From positions 17,057 through 81,056 of the forward strand of contig JBAXDH010000002.1 of assembly GCA_037141055.1 (NCBI GenBank): a stretch of DNA of 64,000 nucleotides, in the 5' to 3' direction. The position numbers were made by a program, and so were the translations under genes. A model generated the notes under the pieces. It saw only the letters and a list, made by a program, of their open reading frames with translations. It was not told the DNA's origin and made no database searches. The DNA comes from a bacterium (lineage in GTDB: Bacteria > Bacteroidota > Bacteroidia > Bacteroidales > FEN-979). The stretch's first letter is position 1. Each line of letters opens with the position of its first letter. Of this stretch, positions 49,531 to 58,782 are shown in pieces.

Positions 49531-49653
49531 ATGAAAACAAAAATTGGAATCCTGGGATCGGGGGTGGTTGCGCAGGTGCTGGGCAGCGGATTCATGAAAC
49601 ACGGATATGACGTAATGCCTGGAACCCGCGATCTTTCAAAACTTGAAGGCTGA
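49531..49653 (+). pseudogene. Remnant (N-terminal 40 codons) of an NAD(P)-binding F420-dependent-NADP-reductase-like gene
   Basis: ATG 49531 to TGA 49651-49653 encodes MKTKIGILGSGVVAQVLGSGFMKHGYDVMPGTRDLSKLEG. This matches the Rossmann N-terminus of ~220-aa NADPH-dependent F420 reductase-family proteins. The rest of the gene is absent. Confidence 0.55.
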
Positions 49654-49665
49654 CAGGAAAGAGCC

Positions 49666-50088
49666 TCAGGCACCTTTCATTTTAAAGACTGTGGCGTAGA
49701 GTTTCATCTGTTTGATCATGGCCGACAAGCCGTTGCTGCGGGTGGGCGACAGGTGTTCCTGGAGCCCGATCCGGTTAATGAATTCCATCCTGGCTCCGAT
49801 AATGTCATCAGGGGTCTGGCCGGAAAGCACACTGATCAGGAGGTTTACTATACCTTTGGTGATAATTGCATCACTTTCGCCGGTAAATACCACCCGGCCC
49901 TCTTTCATTGCTGCATGAAGCCATACCTTTGACTGGCAGCCGGTAATCAGGTACTGATCGGTTCTATAACGGTCATCGATCTTTGGCAAAGTCTTTCCCA
50001 GGTCAATCAGGTAGTTATATTTATCCATCCAGTCGTCGAACATGTCGAACTCGGTGATAATCCTGGATTCTATTTCGGGGATGGTCAT
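49666..50088 (-). CDS. sufE: Cysteine desulfuration protein SufE
   Basis: 140-aa ORF with the conserved persulfide-acceptor context YLITGCQSKVWLHA. Confidence 0.85.
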   Translation of the reverse strand: MTIPEIESRIITEFDMFDDWMDKYNYLIDLGKTLPKIDDRYRTDQYLITGCQSKVWLHAAMKEGRVVFTGESDAIITKGIVNLLISVLSGQTPDDIIGARMEFINRIGLQEHLSPTRSNGLSAMIKQMKLYATVFKMKGA

Positions 50089-50206
50089 GGGGGTGTGGGT
50101 TTGGGGGGCAAAGGTAAGGAAAAGGAGGACAGGTCACTTGTCTGCTTTTTTTGTTAAAATATGTTAATTAATAGTACCATGTATTGCATAGTACTAAGTT
50201 TTGCAT

Positions 50207-50214
50207 TATATTTG
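50207..50214 (+). promoter_or_regulatory. -7 box TATATTTG 4 nt upstream of the padR ATG (possible leaderless transcript)
   Basis: The sequence reads TATATTTG-ccgc-ATG(50219). ATTG lies 20 nt upstream (50183-50186). Confidence 0.4.
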
Positions 50215-50218
50215 CCGC

Positions 50219-50569
50219 ATGAATACAGAAAATCAAAATGCCCAGATGCGAAAAGGAGTTCTCGAACTCTGTATCCTGGCGATCATCGCAGAACAGGACG
50301 CATACGCTTCCGACATCATCACCAGGTTGAAGGAAGCCAGACTCATTGTTGTGGAAGGAACCCTCTATCCTTTGCTCACACGATTAAAGAACGACGGACT
50401 GACGGTTTACCGGTGGGAGGAATCAAAGTCGGGACCGCCGCGCAAATATCACCAGGCAACTGAGCAGGGGCTGATAGCCCTGGCGGAACTGAAATCCGAC
50501 TGGCTGGACCTTGTCCTTTCGGTGGAGAAAATCGTCGGCATTCCACCAGGTAAGGCTGATGAAGCCTGA
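50219..50569 (+). CDS. PadR-family transcriptional regulator
   Basis: The ORF-track start is TTG 50201 and the first ATG is 50219. Winged-helix blocks KGVLELCILAII and EGTLYPLLTRLKNDGL..W......PRKYH are PadR signatures. Confidence 0.85.
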   Translation: MNTENQNAQMRKGVLELCILAIIAEQDAYASDIITRLKEARLIVVEGTLYPLLTRLKNDGLTVYRWEESKSGPPRKYHQATEQGLIALAELKSDWLDLVLSVEKIVGIPPGKADEA

Positions 50570-50613
50570 CGGGTTGGCAAATTTAGTTTACACAATTTCA
50601 ATTTATAATATCC

Positions 50614-52191
50614 ATGAAAAAAACATTGACAATAAACCTGGGTGGCATCGTTTTCCACATTGATGAAGACGCCTATACGCTTCTGAACCAGTACCTCGAG
50701 AAACTTAAAAACCATTTCAGCAGGGAGCAGGGATCGGATGAAATCCTCAACGACATAGAGGCGCGCATCGCTGAAATCCTGCAGGAAAAACAGTCGGAAA
50801 CGAAGCAGGTGATCACGATCGAAGATGTGAACGCTGTAATTGCCATCATGGGACAGCCGGTCGAGATTGACCAGGAAGAGGGTCCGAAAAAGCAGCAGGA
50901 TTCTCCCGGCAGCGAAAAAGGGGACAAACGGTTCTTCAGGAATCCCGACGAGAAAGTCATTGCAGGCGTGTGCTCGGGCATTGCCGCCTATTTTCACCTC
51001 GACCCGGTATGGGTGCGGCTGATTTTCCTCGTATTCATTGCAGCCGGAGGTTCCGGGATCCTGTTATACATTGTACTCTGGATTGTTATTCCTGAAGCAC
51101 AATCAACCACGGATAAACTTGAAATGAGGGGTAAAAAGATCAACATTTCCAACATTCAGCAATCCATGCGCGATGAGATATCCGACCTGGGCGGAAGGAT
51201 CGGCAGCATGGCCAGTGAATCCGCTTCAACCATCAGGCGGGCGGGTGCAGGATCGTCTTCGGTGTTCGAAGTGATCGGCAAAGGCGTTGCTGAAGTGCTG
51301 ACCTTTTTCTGGAAAGTACTGGTCATTTTAACCGGCATTATCCTGATCCTATTCGGCATCACCCTGCTCCTTGCGCTGGTTGCCTATACCCTCGGATGGA
51401 CCGGCGGCATTTATTCGGACAATGATTTTACAGTTCTGTCTTTCCCCTCCCTGGCAAAACTTCTGGTGGGATGCAACATGCCGGTGGTTTATCTCCAGCT
51501 GGTCATCCTGGTTGTTCTGGGGATTCCAGTCTTTATGATGTTTTACAACGGGCTGCGGATGGTATTTCGTTTCGACCGGATCAGGCATCTCGGGCTCACC
51601 ATGTTCAACATATGGCTTGTCGGACTATTCTTTCTCGCATGGTCGGCATTAAGGGTTTTCAACCTCTATAAATTTGAAGATGAAAAGCAGATTGAAATAG
51701 CACTCGTGCAACCAGCCTGCGACACCCTTTTTGTATCGCTGTTCCAGGATGATCCCGGGATGAAATATATTAAAGATGAACAGTACATGTTGCCCGGTGA
51801 ATGGAAAACCGTCATTACAGACGAACGGGAATTGTACGTGGTACCCAAAATAAGCATCGAAGAAGCCGGCGACAGCCTCTTCTCCATTTCGCAGGTCACA
51901 ATGGCACGCGGGAAATCGAGAATTGAAGCCCGTCAGCACCTTACCGGCGTCCGTTTTCAATCGGCAACTTCCGGGTCAACCCTGAGAATAAGCCCCTTTG
52001 CAAGGCTTCCCAGGGAAGAATGCTGGCGCGGACAGGTCGTCAACCTCACCCTCCGCGTTCCGAAAGGGAAATTCATTCATTTTGACAGGGAGTTTCAGTA
52101 CCTTCGGCCTTCCTGGCACTATATGCTGAGCGAATCGAAAGAATCGACCTTTCAGATGACCGACAGCGGTATTGAAGTCACTCCCAACTAA
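50614..52191 (+). CDS. PspC-domain membrane protein
   Basis: 525-aa ORF with PspC block FFRNPDEKVIAGVCSGIAAYFHLDPVWVRLIFLV followed by multiple TM helices. It lies immediately downstream of padR. Confidence 0.75.
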   Translation: MKKTLTINLGGIVFHIDEDAYTLLNQYLEKLKNHFSREQGSDEILNDIEARIAEILQEKQSETKQVITIEDVNAVIAIMGQPVEIDQEEGPKKQQDSPGSEKGDKRFFRNPDEKVIAGVCSGIAAYFHLDPVWVRLIFLVFIAAGGSGILLYIVLWIVIPEAQSTTDKLEMRGKKINISNIQQSMRDEISDLGGRIGSMASESASTIRRAGAGSSSVFEVIGKGVAEVLTFFWKVLVILTGIILILFGITLLLALVAYTLGWTGGIYSDNDFTVLSFPSLAKLLVGCNMPVVYLQLVILVVLGIPVFMMFYNGLRMVFRFDRIRHLGLTMFNIWLVGLFFLAWSALRVFNLYKFEDEKQIEIALVQPACDTLFVSLFQDDPGMKYIKDEQYMLPGEWKTVITDERELYVVPKISIEEAGDSLFSISQVTMARGKSRIEARQHLTGVRFQSATSGSTLRISPFARLPREECWRGQVVNLTLRVPKGKFIHFDREFQYLRPSWHYMLSESKESTFQMTDSGIEVTPN

Positions 52192-53408
52192 GTCAGCATC
52201 TCCTTCGCTTTGAGAATCGCCAAAACCAGCTGATCGATCTCTTCTGTTGTGTTGTAAAATGCAAACGAAGCCCTTACCGTTCCTGGGATTTTAAGGAAAT
52301 CCATCAGCGGCATGGCGCAATGGTGGCCGGTACGGACAGCTATTCCCATCTTGTCGATGATCATGCCCGCATCATAGGGATGTATGCCGCCGATAAGAAA
52401 TGAAACAAGGCTGGCTTTATTCGCAGACGTGCCATAGTATTTTATCCCGTCGACAACCGACAGTTTTTCAATGGCATATTGCAGCAGATGTTCTTCATAG
52501 GCAGCAATGTCGGCCATGCCAAGAGCCTGCAGGTAGGCAACGGCTGCCCTGAGCCCCGCAACGCCTTCCACATTCGGCGTTCCTGCCTCAAACTTAAACG
52601 GGAGTTCATTGAACGTGGTATGGTCAAGGTAAACATCTTTGATCATCTCCCCTCCCATCTGGTATGGGGGTAATTCTTCAAGGTACTTTTCCTTGCCGTA
52701 CAACACACCGGTGCCCATGGGTGCATACATTTTATGCCCCGAGAAACAATAGAAATCGCAGTCAAGATCCTGCATGTCGACCGGCAGGTGCGATACTCCC
52801 TGCGCCCCGTCGAGCAGCACCGGGATGTCATGCCGGTGTGCCAGTGCAATGATCTCCTTCACGGGATTGATGGTTCCCAGCACATTCGAAACATGCGTGA
52901 GGGCGACCAGCCTGGTTTTTTCGTTCAACAGGCCTTTCAATTCATCAGGATCAAGCTCTCCCTTTTCGTTGATCCCGAGCACACGCAATGTTGCCCCGCG
53001 TTCAAGGCACATCTGCTGCCATGGAACAAAATTGGAATGATGCTCCATGATGGTTGTGATCACTTCATCGCCTGTCTTGATATAACGTTTTCCAAAGGAG
53101 TAGGCTACAAGGTTCAGCGATTCGGTGGCGCCCTTGGTAAAAATGATCTCGCGGGTGTTTTTTGCATTGATGAACTGCCTGATCTCCTTGCGCGCCTCCT
53201 CGTATGCCTCCGTGGCCTTCACGCTCAGGTAATGCACGCCGCGGTGGATGTTGCAGTTGTCGTGTTCGTAGTAATGCCTGATCGCGTCAATGACCTGGCG
53301 GGGTTTCTGGGTCGAAGCCGCATTGTCGAAGTAAATGAGGGGGCGTTTATATACCTGCTGCTCCAAAATCGGAAAGTCAGCCCTTATCTTAGCAATATCA
53401 AAACTCAT
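52188..53408 (-). CDS. sufS: Cysteine desulfurase SufS (class V aminotransferase, group II)
   Basis: 406-aa ORF with FPILEQQVYKRPLIYFDNAAS, the PLP-lysine context FSGHKMYAPMG and the catalytic Cys context RTGHHCAMPL. Confidence 0.92.
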   Translation of the reverse strand: MSFDIAKIRADFPILEQQVYKRPLIYFDNAASTQKPRQVIDAIRHYYEHDNCNIHRGVHYLSVKATEAYEEARKEIRQFINAKNTREIIFTKGATESLNLVAYSFGKRYIKTGDEVITTIMEHHSNFVPWQQMCLERGATLRVLGINEKGELDPDELKGLLNEKTRLVALTHVSNVLGTINPVKEIIALAHRHDIPVLLDGAQGVSHLPVDMQDLDCDFYCFSGHKMYAPMGTGVLYGKEKYLEELPPYQMGGEMIKDVYLDHTTFNELPFKFEAGTPNVEGVAGLRAAVAYLQALGMADIAAYEEHLLQYAIEKLSVVDGIKYYGTSANKASLVSFLIGGIHPYDAGMIIDKMGIAVRTGHHCAMPLMDFLKIPGTVRASFAFYNTTEEIDQLVLAILKAKEMLT

Positions 53409-53614
53409 GATTCAGGTTTAATGTGCAAATTTAGCTGAATTTTTTCTCATACTCCTTAACTATCAGTCAAACCGACCGAACACGGCTCTGCGCCATTTTC
53501 ACAGTTCGGGCGATCGTACCAATACATTTCAGTACTTCAGTTCACTAAAGCGTACATCCGGAAATTTTTTGTAGTTTTATCTCCGAATAATCCACCTCTA
53601 AACCATCTGCCATC

Positions 53615-56419
53615 ATGAAAAAAATCATCATCCTGTTATTTGCACTTGCATTCCTTCTGCAGCCCTTGTTTGCCCAGCAGAAGACTGAATTAAAGATTGA
53701 ATTTGAAAAATACACCCTCTCCAACGGGCTTGATGTCATCCTGCATGTCGATCGTTCCGATCCGATTGTAGCACTCGCCATCCGCTTTCATGTCGGTTCA
53801 AACCGTGAAGTTGAAGGCCGCACCGGTTTCGCCCACCTTTTTGAGCACATGATGTTTCAGAAATCCGAAAATGTGCCCGAGGACCAGTTTTTCAAGATCA
53901 TCCAGAATGCAGGGGGAACGCTCAACGGCGGCACGAGCAACGATGCAACGACCTATTACGAAATCGTTCCGAAGAATGCACTTGAAAAGATCCTCTGGAT
54001 GGAATCCGACCGGATGGGGTATATGATCAATACAGTTACAGAAAATGCCTTCAACATCCAGCAGAACGTGGTGCAGAATGAAAAAAGGCAATCGTATGAC
54101 AACCAGCCATACGGATTCACCAGCTGGGTGATCGCCACCAACTTATATCCGAAGGGACATCCATACAGCTGGACGGTCATCGGGGAAATGGACGATCTGA
54201 AGAATGCCACCGTGAACGATGTGAAAGAATTTCACGACAGGTTTTATGTGCCAAACAATGCAACGCTGGTACTGGCAGGTGACTTTGATGTAGCAATTGC
54301 GAAAAAGCTGATCGGGAAATATTTTGGCGAAATCAAGCGCGGCAAGGATGTCTCGGACCCAAAACCGATCCCGGTAACGCTTGCGAAAACCAAAAAGGTT
54401 TACCATGAAGACAATTTTGCCAAAACATCGCAGATCCGGATGATATGGCCGACTGTTGAAGCTTACAATGATGATTCATACCCGCTGGAATACCTGGGTC
54501 AGCTGTTATCCCGCGGGAAAAAAGCGCCCCTTTATAAAGTACTTGAGAAAGAGAAGAAACAGTCGTCAAGCCAGAGTGCCCGCAATGGCTCGCAGGAAAT
54601 TGCCGGGACTTTTGTCATCAGCGCAACGGCGAATGACGGGGTGAGCCTGAACGATATCGAAAAAAGCGTTTTTGATGCTTTTACCATGTTCGAAAAAGAA
54701 AGTTTCACCGACGAAGATGTCGAGCGCATCAAGGCCAGCCAGGAAACGGATTTCTACAACGGCATCAGCAGCATCCTCGGAAAATCATATCAGCTCTCTT
54801 CTTACAATGAAGACAAGGGGGATCCGGGTTATTACAAAACCGACATCGCTAAAGTTAAATCTGTGACTAAGGCAGATATCCTGAGGGTTTACGGGAAATA
54901 CATTAAAAACAAACCTTACCTGGTCACGAGTTTTGTTCCCAAAGGCCAGCTGAACATGATAGTGGAGGGCTCGGAAAAAGCGGCAGTTAAGGAAGAAAGT
55001 ATTTCGGATGCAGCCCAGGTGGCGATCAAAGACAAGATCGACGAACCCGACGTTAAAACTCCAACACAGTTCGATCGCACGGTAATGCCTGCAGACGGTC
55101 CCGATCCTTCGCTCAGCCTCCCGGCAGTGTGGACATCCAAACTTTCAAACGGAATGCAGGTATTTGGCATTGAGCAGAATGAATTGCCCCTTGTCGAGTT
55201 CAGCGTGGAGATGAAAGGAGGCCATTTTCTTGACCCCATTCAAAAGCCGGGCGTTGCCAACCTTGTTTGCGAACTGATGATGGAGGGAACTAAAAACAAA
55301 ACCCCGCTGATGCTGGAGGAGGAAATCGACAAACTTGGAGCATCCATCAACCTGCGGGCTTCAAACAATTCAATTACACTTTCGGCCAACTCACTTGCCA
55401 GGAATTACGACCAGGTGCTTGCCCTGGCAAAGGAAATCCTGCTGGAACCCAGGTGGGACTCTGCAGAATTCGTCATGGCAAAAACACGATTGCTCAACAG
55501 TATCAAGCGCCAGAAGGCGAATCCGACAACCCTTGCCAGGAATGAGTTCAACCTTCTGGTCTACGGCAAAGACCACATCCTTGCCTCCCAGGTGATGGGA
55601 ACGGAGGAGTCGGTTGCTGCCATCACCCTTGATGACCTGAAATCTTTCTATGCAACTGAATTTTCACCGTCAATTGCCTCTTTCCTTGTTGCCGGCAGCA
55701 TCACCCGCGACAGGGCGATCGCTTCCCTTCAGGGGCTTGCCTCTGCCTGGAAGGCAAAGGAGGTGAAATTTCCTTCTTATCAGCTTCCCGCACCTTTGGA
55801 GCAGTCAAAGATTTACTTTGTCGATGTGCCCGGGGCCAAACAGTCGGTTATCAATATCGGATGTCTTGGACTGGCACGCCAGGACAAGGACTATTTTCCT
55901 GCCACGGTGATGAATTACAAGCTGGGCGGTTCATTCAACGGCAATGTGAACCTGGTGCTGCGGGAAGAAAAAGGGTTTACGTATGGAGCCCGCACGGGTT
56001 TCACTGCCCAGATCATCACAGGCACGTTTATGGCAAGTGCGAATGTCCGCTCATCGGCAACGGAAGAATCGGTTGATATTTTCAAAGACCTGATGGCAAA
56101 GTACGGAAAGGATGTGACTGCCGAGGACCTTGAATTTACACGCAATTCCCTTATTAAAAGCTATGCACGTCAATTTGAAACCCTGGGGGCAAAAATTGGC
56201 ATGCTGAGCGATATCAGTTTATATCAACTTCCGGTTGATTACGTCAAAGGAGAACAATCGATCATTCAGAACATGACCCTTGACCAGTTGAAATCATTGG
56301 CACAGAAATACATCAACCCGGATAAAATGTACTATGTGGTGGCCGGTGATGCAAAAACGCAATTGGATCTCCTGGAAAAAATCGGGTTCGGTAAACCGGA
56401 GGTGGTGAACAAAAAATAA
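53615..56419 (+). CDS. M16-family (pitrilysin/insulinase-like) zinc peptidase, fused two-half form
   Basis: 934-aa ORF with a signal peptide and inverted zinc motif HLFEHMMF (HxxEH). The length corresponds to four M16 half-domains. Confidence 0.88.
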   Translation: MKKIIILLFALAFLLQPLFAQQKTELKIEFEKYTLSNGLDVILHVDRSDPIVALAIRFHVGSNREVEGRTGFAHLFEHMMFQKSENVPEDQFFKIIQNAGGTLNGGTSNDATTYYEIVPKNALEKILWMESDRMGYMINTVTENAFNIQQNVVQNEKRQSYDNQPYGFTSWVIATNLYPKGHPYSWTVIGEMDDLKNATVNDVKEFHDRFYVPNNATLVLAGDFDVAIAKKLIGKYFGEIKRGKDVSDPKPIPVTLAKTKKVYHEDNFAKTSQIRMIWPTVEAYNDDSYPLEYLGQLLSRGKKAPLYKVLEKEKKQSSSQSARNGSQEIAGTFVISATANDGVSLNDIEKSVFDAFTMFEKESFTDEDVERIKASQETDFYNGISSILGKSYQLSSYNEDKGDPGYYKTDIAKVKSVTKADILRVYGKYIKNKPYLVTSFVPKGQLNMIVEGSEKAAVKEESISDAAQVAIKDKIDEPDVKTPTQFDRTVMPADGPDPSLSLPAVWTSKLSNGMQVFGIEQNELPLVEFSVEMKGGHFLDPIQKPGVANLVCELMMEGTKNKTPLMLEEEIDKLGASINLRASNNSITLSANSLARNYDQVLALAKEILLEPRWDSAEFVMAKTRLLNSIKRQKANPTTLARNEFNLLVYGKDHILASQVMGTEESVAAITLDDLKSFYATEFSPSIASFLVAGSITRDRAIASLQGLASAWKAKEVKFPSYQLPAPLEQSKIYFVDVPGAKQSVINIGCLGLARQDKDYFPATVMNYKLGGSFNGNVNLVLREEKGFTYGARTGFTAQIITGTFMASANVRSSATEESVDIFKDLMAKYGKDVTAEDLEFTRNSLIKSYARQFETLGAKIGMLSDISLYQLPVDYVKGEQSIIQNMTLDQLKSLAQKYINPDKMYYVVAGDAKTQLDLLEKIGFGKPEVVNKK

Positions 56420-56462
56420 CATTTCTACGGGGCTATACTTCGACTGTTTTCAAATGCAATCC

Positions 56463-56496
56463 TTCATTGCAGTCAGCATTAGCTGACTGCAATGGA
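56463..56496. terminator. Strong hairpin downstream of the M16 peptidase gene
   Basis: ttcattgcagtcagc-atta-gctgactgcaatgga forms a 15-bp stem (one G-U) with a 4-nt loop, 44 nt after the stop at 56419. Two more GC hairpins follow: ggcccc-atc-ggggcc at 56520-56534, and an 8-bp stem (two G-U pairs) at 56569-56587. Confidence 0.65.
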
Positions 56497-56657
56497 TTCT
56501 GTGCCAACCCTTGTACCCCGGCCCCATCGGGGCCTCATTCTGGTAGCCCGCAGTTAACCTGGACCTTCTGCGCGCCGTAGGTGCGCGATTATTGTTATTC
56601 AGAGCCCTTGGTTATTCAATCCATTATGATTTTCTCACGAAGAAAATTGTATTTTGT

Positions 56658-56689
56658 TTTGCATATAGAACAATATTATAGTATATTTG
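56658..56689 (+). promoter_or_regulatory. Bacteroidota-type promoter (TTTG-N20-TATATTTG)
   Basis: The -33 TTTG at 56658-56661 and the -7 TATATTTG at 56682-56689 both match consensus with 20-nt spacing. It is 21 nt upstream of ATG 56711. Confidence 0.65.
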
Positions 56690-56710
56690 TACCACAAATA
56701 GAACAAAATA

Positions 56711-57961
56711 ATGAACAAGGACATTGTCAAGAAAATAATCCTGGAGAACCAGCAGCGTATTCCCGCGTTGTCAATAATAAAAAGGGACTATACTGTTGAT
56801 TTGGAAGCCAACTACATTTTCACCGGTCAGCGCAGGGCCGGTAAGACGTATTTTCTCTTCAGCCTGATCCGGGACATGATTAAACTTGGCACTTCCATTC
56901 AAACGGTGCTTTATATCAATTTTGAAGACGAAAGGCTGATCGGGTTCGATGTTTCGGAGTTCGATGGCATCCTGGAGAGTTACCAGGAGATGTTCGCCCA
57001 CAAACCAATACTGTTTTTTGATGAAATACAGATTATCGGCGGGTGGCAGAAATTTGTCAGGCGCATGGCCGACAGCGGTTTTAAAATCCATATAACCGGA
57101 AGTAATTCGGAGATGCTCAGTAGTGAAATGGCTTCAACTTTGGGAGGAAGGTTTATGGTGATGGAGATTGAAACCTTATCATTTAAGGAATTCCTGTTGT
57201 TTCATGGAGTTGTCCCGGAAGCGAACCTTGAATTCTCACCCGGAAGGTTTGAGGTGATACGATTGTACGAACAGTATTTCTCGCAAGGCGGATTTCCCGA
57301 GCTCATTAAATTCAATGAAAAGAAAGAAAACCTGAGCAATCTCTTTCAGAAAGTTTTTCTCGGCGATATTATTGCACGTTACCAGGTAAGGAATCCTTAT
57401 GCATTGCGCCTGCTGATCAAAAAACTGGCTGAGAGTACGATGGATGAAGTTTCGTATACACGGATGCGGAATATTTTAATCTCAACAGGCTCACAGGTTG
57501 GCACAGCTACTTTGATTGAATATGTAAAGTATCTTGACGAAACTTTTCTGATCAGTCCGCTGCTCAATTTCAATGCAAAAATCAGCAGCCGGGAAGCGAA
57601 GAAAAAGTACTATTTCAGAGACAATGGGTTGTTATCGTTGTTTCTGATAGAACCCGCATCATTTCAGCTTGCAACTTTGGTTTTTAATACGTTGCGTAAA
57701 AGTTACGGGGCCAGCCTTTTCTATCTTCGCAATGGTTATGAAATTGACTTTTTTATTCCCGGTGAAGCCTTGATCCAGGTGTGCTACAGTCTGAGTGAAC
57801 CGGCTACACGGAAGCGTGAAACCTCTGCCCTGCTTCAGGCATTTGCTAAAAACCCGGTTAAAAACCTGTTCATTATTACTTATCAAACGGAAGAAGTCCT
57901 TGTTGAACACGGTGTCAATATCCATGTAATTCCTGCATGGAAGTGGCTGCTGCGGGAGTGA
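56711..57961 (+). CDS. AAA-type ATPase with DUF4143 C-terminal domain
   Basis: 416-aa ORF with Walker A GQRRAGKTYF and Walker B ILFFDEIQ. The layout matches AAA_14 + DUF4143 proteins. A consensus TTTG-N20-TATATTTG promoter lies upstream. GC looks lower than in flanking genes. Confidence 0.8.
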   Translation: MNKDIVKKIILENQQRIPALSIIKRDYTVDLEANYIFTGQRRAGKTYFLFSLIRDMIKLGTSIQTVLYINFEDERLIGFDVSEFDGILESYQEMFAHKPILFFDEIQIIGGWQKFVRRMADSGFKIHITGSNSEMLSSEMASTLGGRFMVMEIETLSFKEFLLFHGVVPEANLEFSPGRFEVIRLYEQYFSQGGFPELIKFNEKKENLSNLFQKVFLGDIIARYQVRNPYALRLLIKKLAESTMDEVSYTRMRNILISTGSQVGTATLIEYVKYLDETFLISPLLNFNAKISSREAKKKYYFRDNGLLSLFLIEPASFQLATLVFNTLRKSYGASLFYLRNGYEIDFFIPGEALIQVCYSLSEPATRKRETSALLQAFAKNPVKNLFIITYQTEEVLVEHGVNIHVIPAWKWLLRE

Positions 57962-58265
57962 TGCTTTCTCTTTTAACAGTCAGCCCGAATATGATGCCAT
58001 CAACAGGCGGTTGGCCGGGAAAATCTCCCTGGCTGATCATGCTCGCGACGATAAATTCTTTCATGTATCGGACCATCCAATTCGAAAGCGGGTATCCCGA
58101 ATTGCAAGACAATTGTAAATCAGTTTTAAGAAATTGTGAAGAAAATTTCCTGGTTTCTGGTATTACCTTTTAGCAAAAATCCGGATTAAGCAGAAAGTAC
58201 AATTTGGTTTCTACAGATGAAATTGAACAGTTACCTGTCTTATTTGCGACCTCAAACCGGAAAAT

Positions 58266-58781
58266 ATGCAAAATTCATTGATAAAGTCTGATTATCAGAC
58301 ATTAATATACGAATTTCGAGGATATAAAGTCATGCTTGACTTTGACTTAAGTACACTTTACAGCGTTGAAACCAAGCGGCTCAAAGAACGTGTGAGGCGC
58401 AATCTGTCAAGGTTTCCGGAAGATTTCATGTTCGAACTCAGCATCGATGAGTTTGAATCTTTGAGGACGCAAATTGCGTCCTCAAAGCGGGGAGGAAGCA
58501 GATATGTTCCAATGGCTTTTACAGAACAGGGTGTTGCGATGCTTTCAACAGTCCTGAATTCTGAAAAAGCGATTCAGGTAAACATTGAGATCATGAGAGC
58601 TTTCGCCAATTACAGGGCATTATTGGTCGACAGCAAAGATTTCAGGCGGGAGTTGAAAGGGCTTGACGATAAAATAACCCAGATTTTCAAGTTTCTTCTG
58701 GAAAAGATTGATGCACTCAGTCAGAAGCACATCAATACCCAACGCAAGAAAATGGGTTATAGAAGAAAAGATGAAGAATAG
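58266..58781 (+). CDS. ORF6N-domain (KilA-N-like) DNA-binding protein
   Basis: 171-aa ORF. YKVMLDFDLSTLYSVETKRLKERVRRNLSRFPEDFMFELS is the canonical ORF6N block. Confidence 0.75.
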   Translation: MQNSLIKSDYQTLIYEFRGYKVMLDFDLSTLYSVETKRLKERVRRNLSRFPEDFMFELSIDEFESLRTQIASSKRGGSRYVPMAFTEQGVAMLSTVLNSEKAIQVNIEIMRAFANYRALLVDSKDFRRELKGLDDKITQIFKFLLEKIDALSQKHINTQRKKMGYRRKDEE

Positions 58782-58782
58782 T

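Noticed and set aside
50089-50115. The G-rich tract GGGGGTGTGGGTTTGGGGGGCAAAGG upstream of sufE, considered as a possible G-quadruplex.
   Set aside because: It has only three runs of three or more G plus a GG. It lies on the non-template side of the sufE leader, and nothing else supports it.
56500-56600. A possible copy of a Bacteroidales-type small repeat. The minus-strand translation is ..NRAPTARRRSRLTAGYQNEAPMGPGYKGW, reminiscent of recurrent 'YK..AP.G' pseudo-ORF repeats.
   Set aside because: The resemblance is from memory only and there is a single copy in the window. Only the hairpins actually visible are reported.
57915-58173. ORFs 57937..58173 (+) and 57915..58112 (-) in the gap between the DUF4143 and ORF6N genes.
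   Set aside because: Both overlap the 3' end of the ATPase gene. The minus ORF starts with TTG and has no ATG until well inside. No recognisable motifs are present. They may be relics of a decayed gene, but they are not supportable as features.
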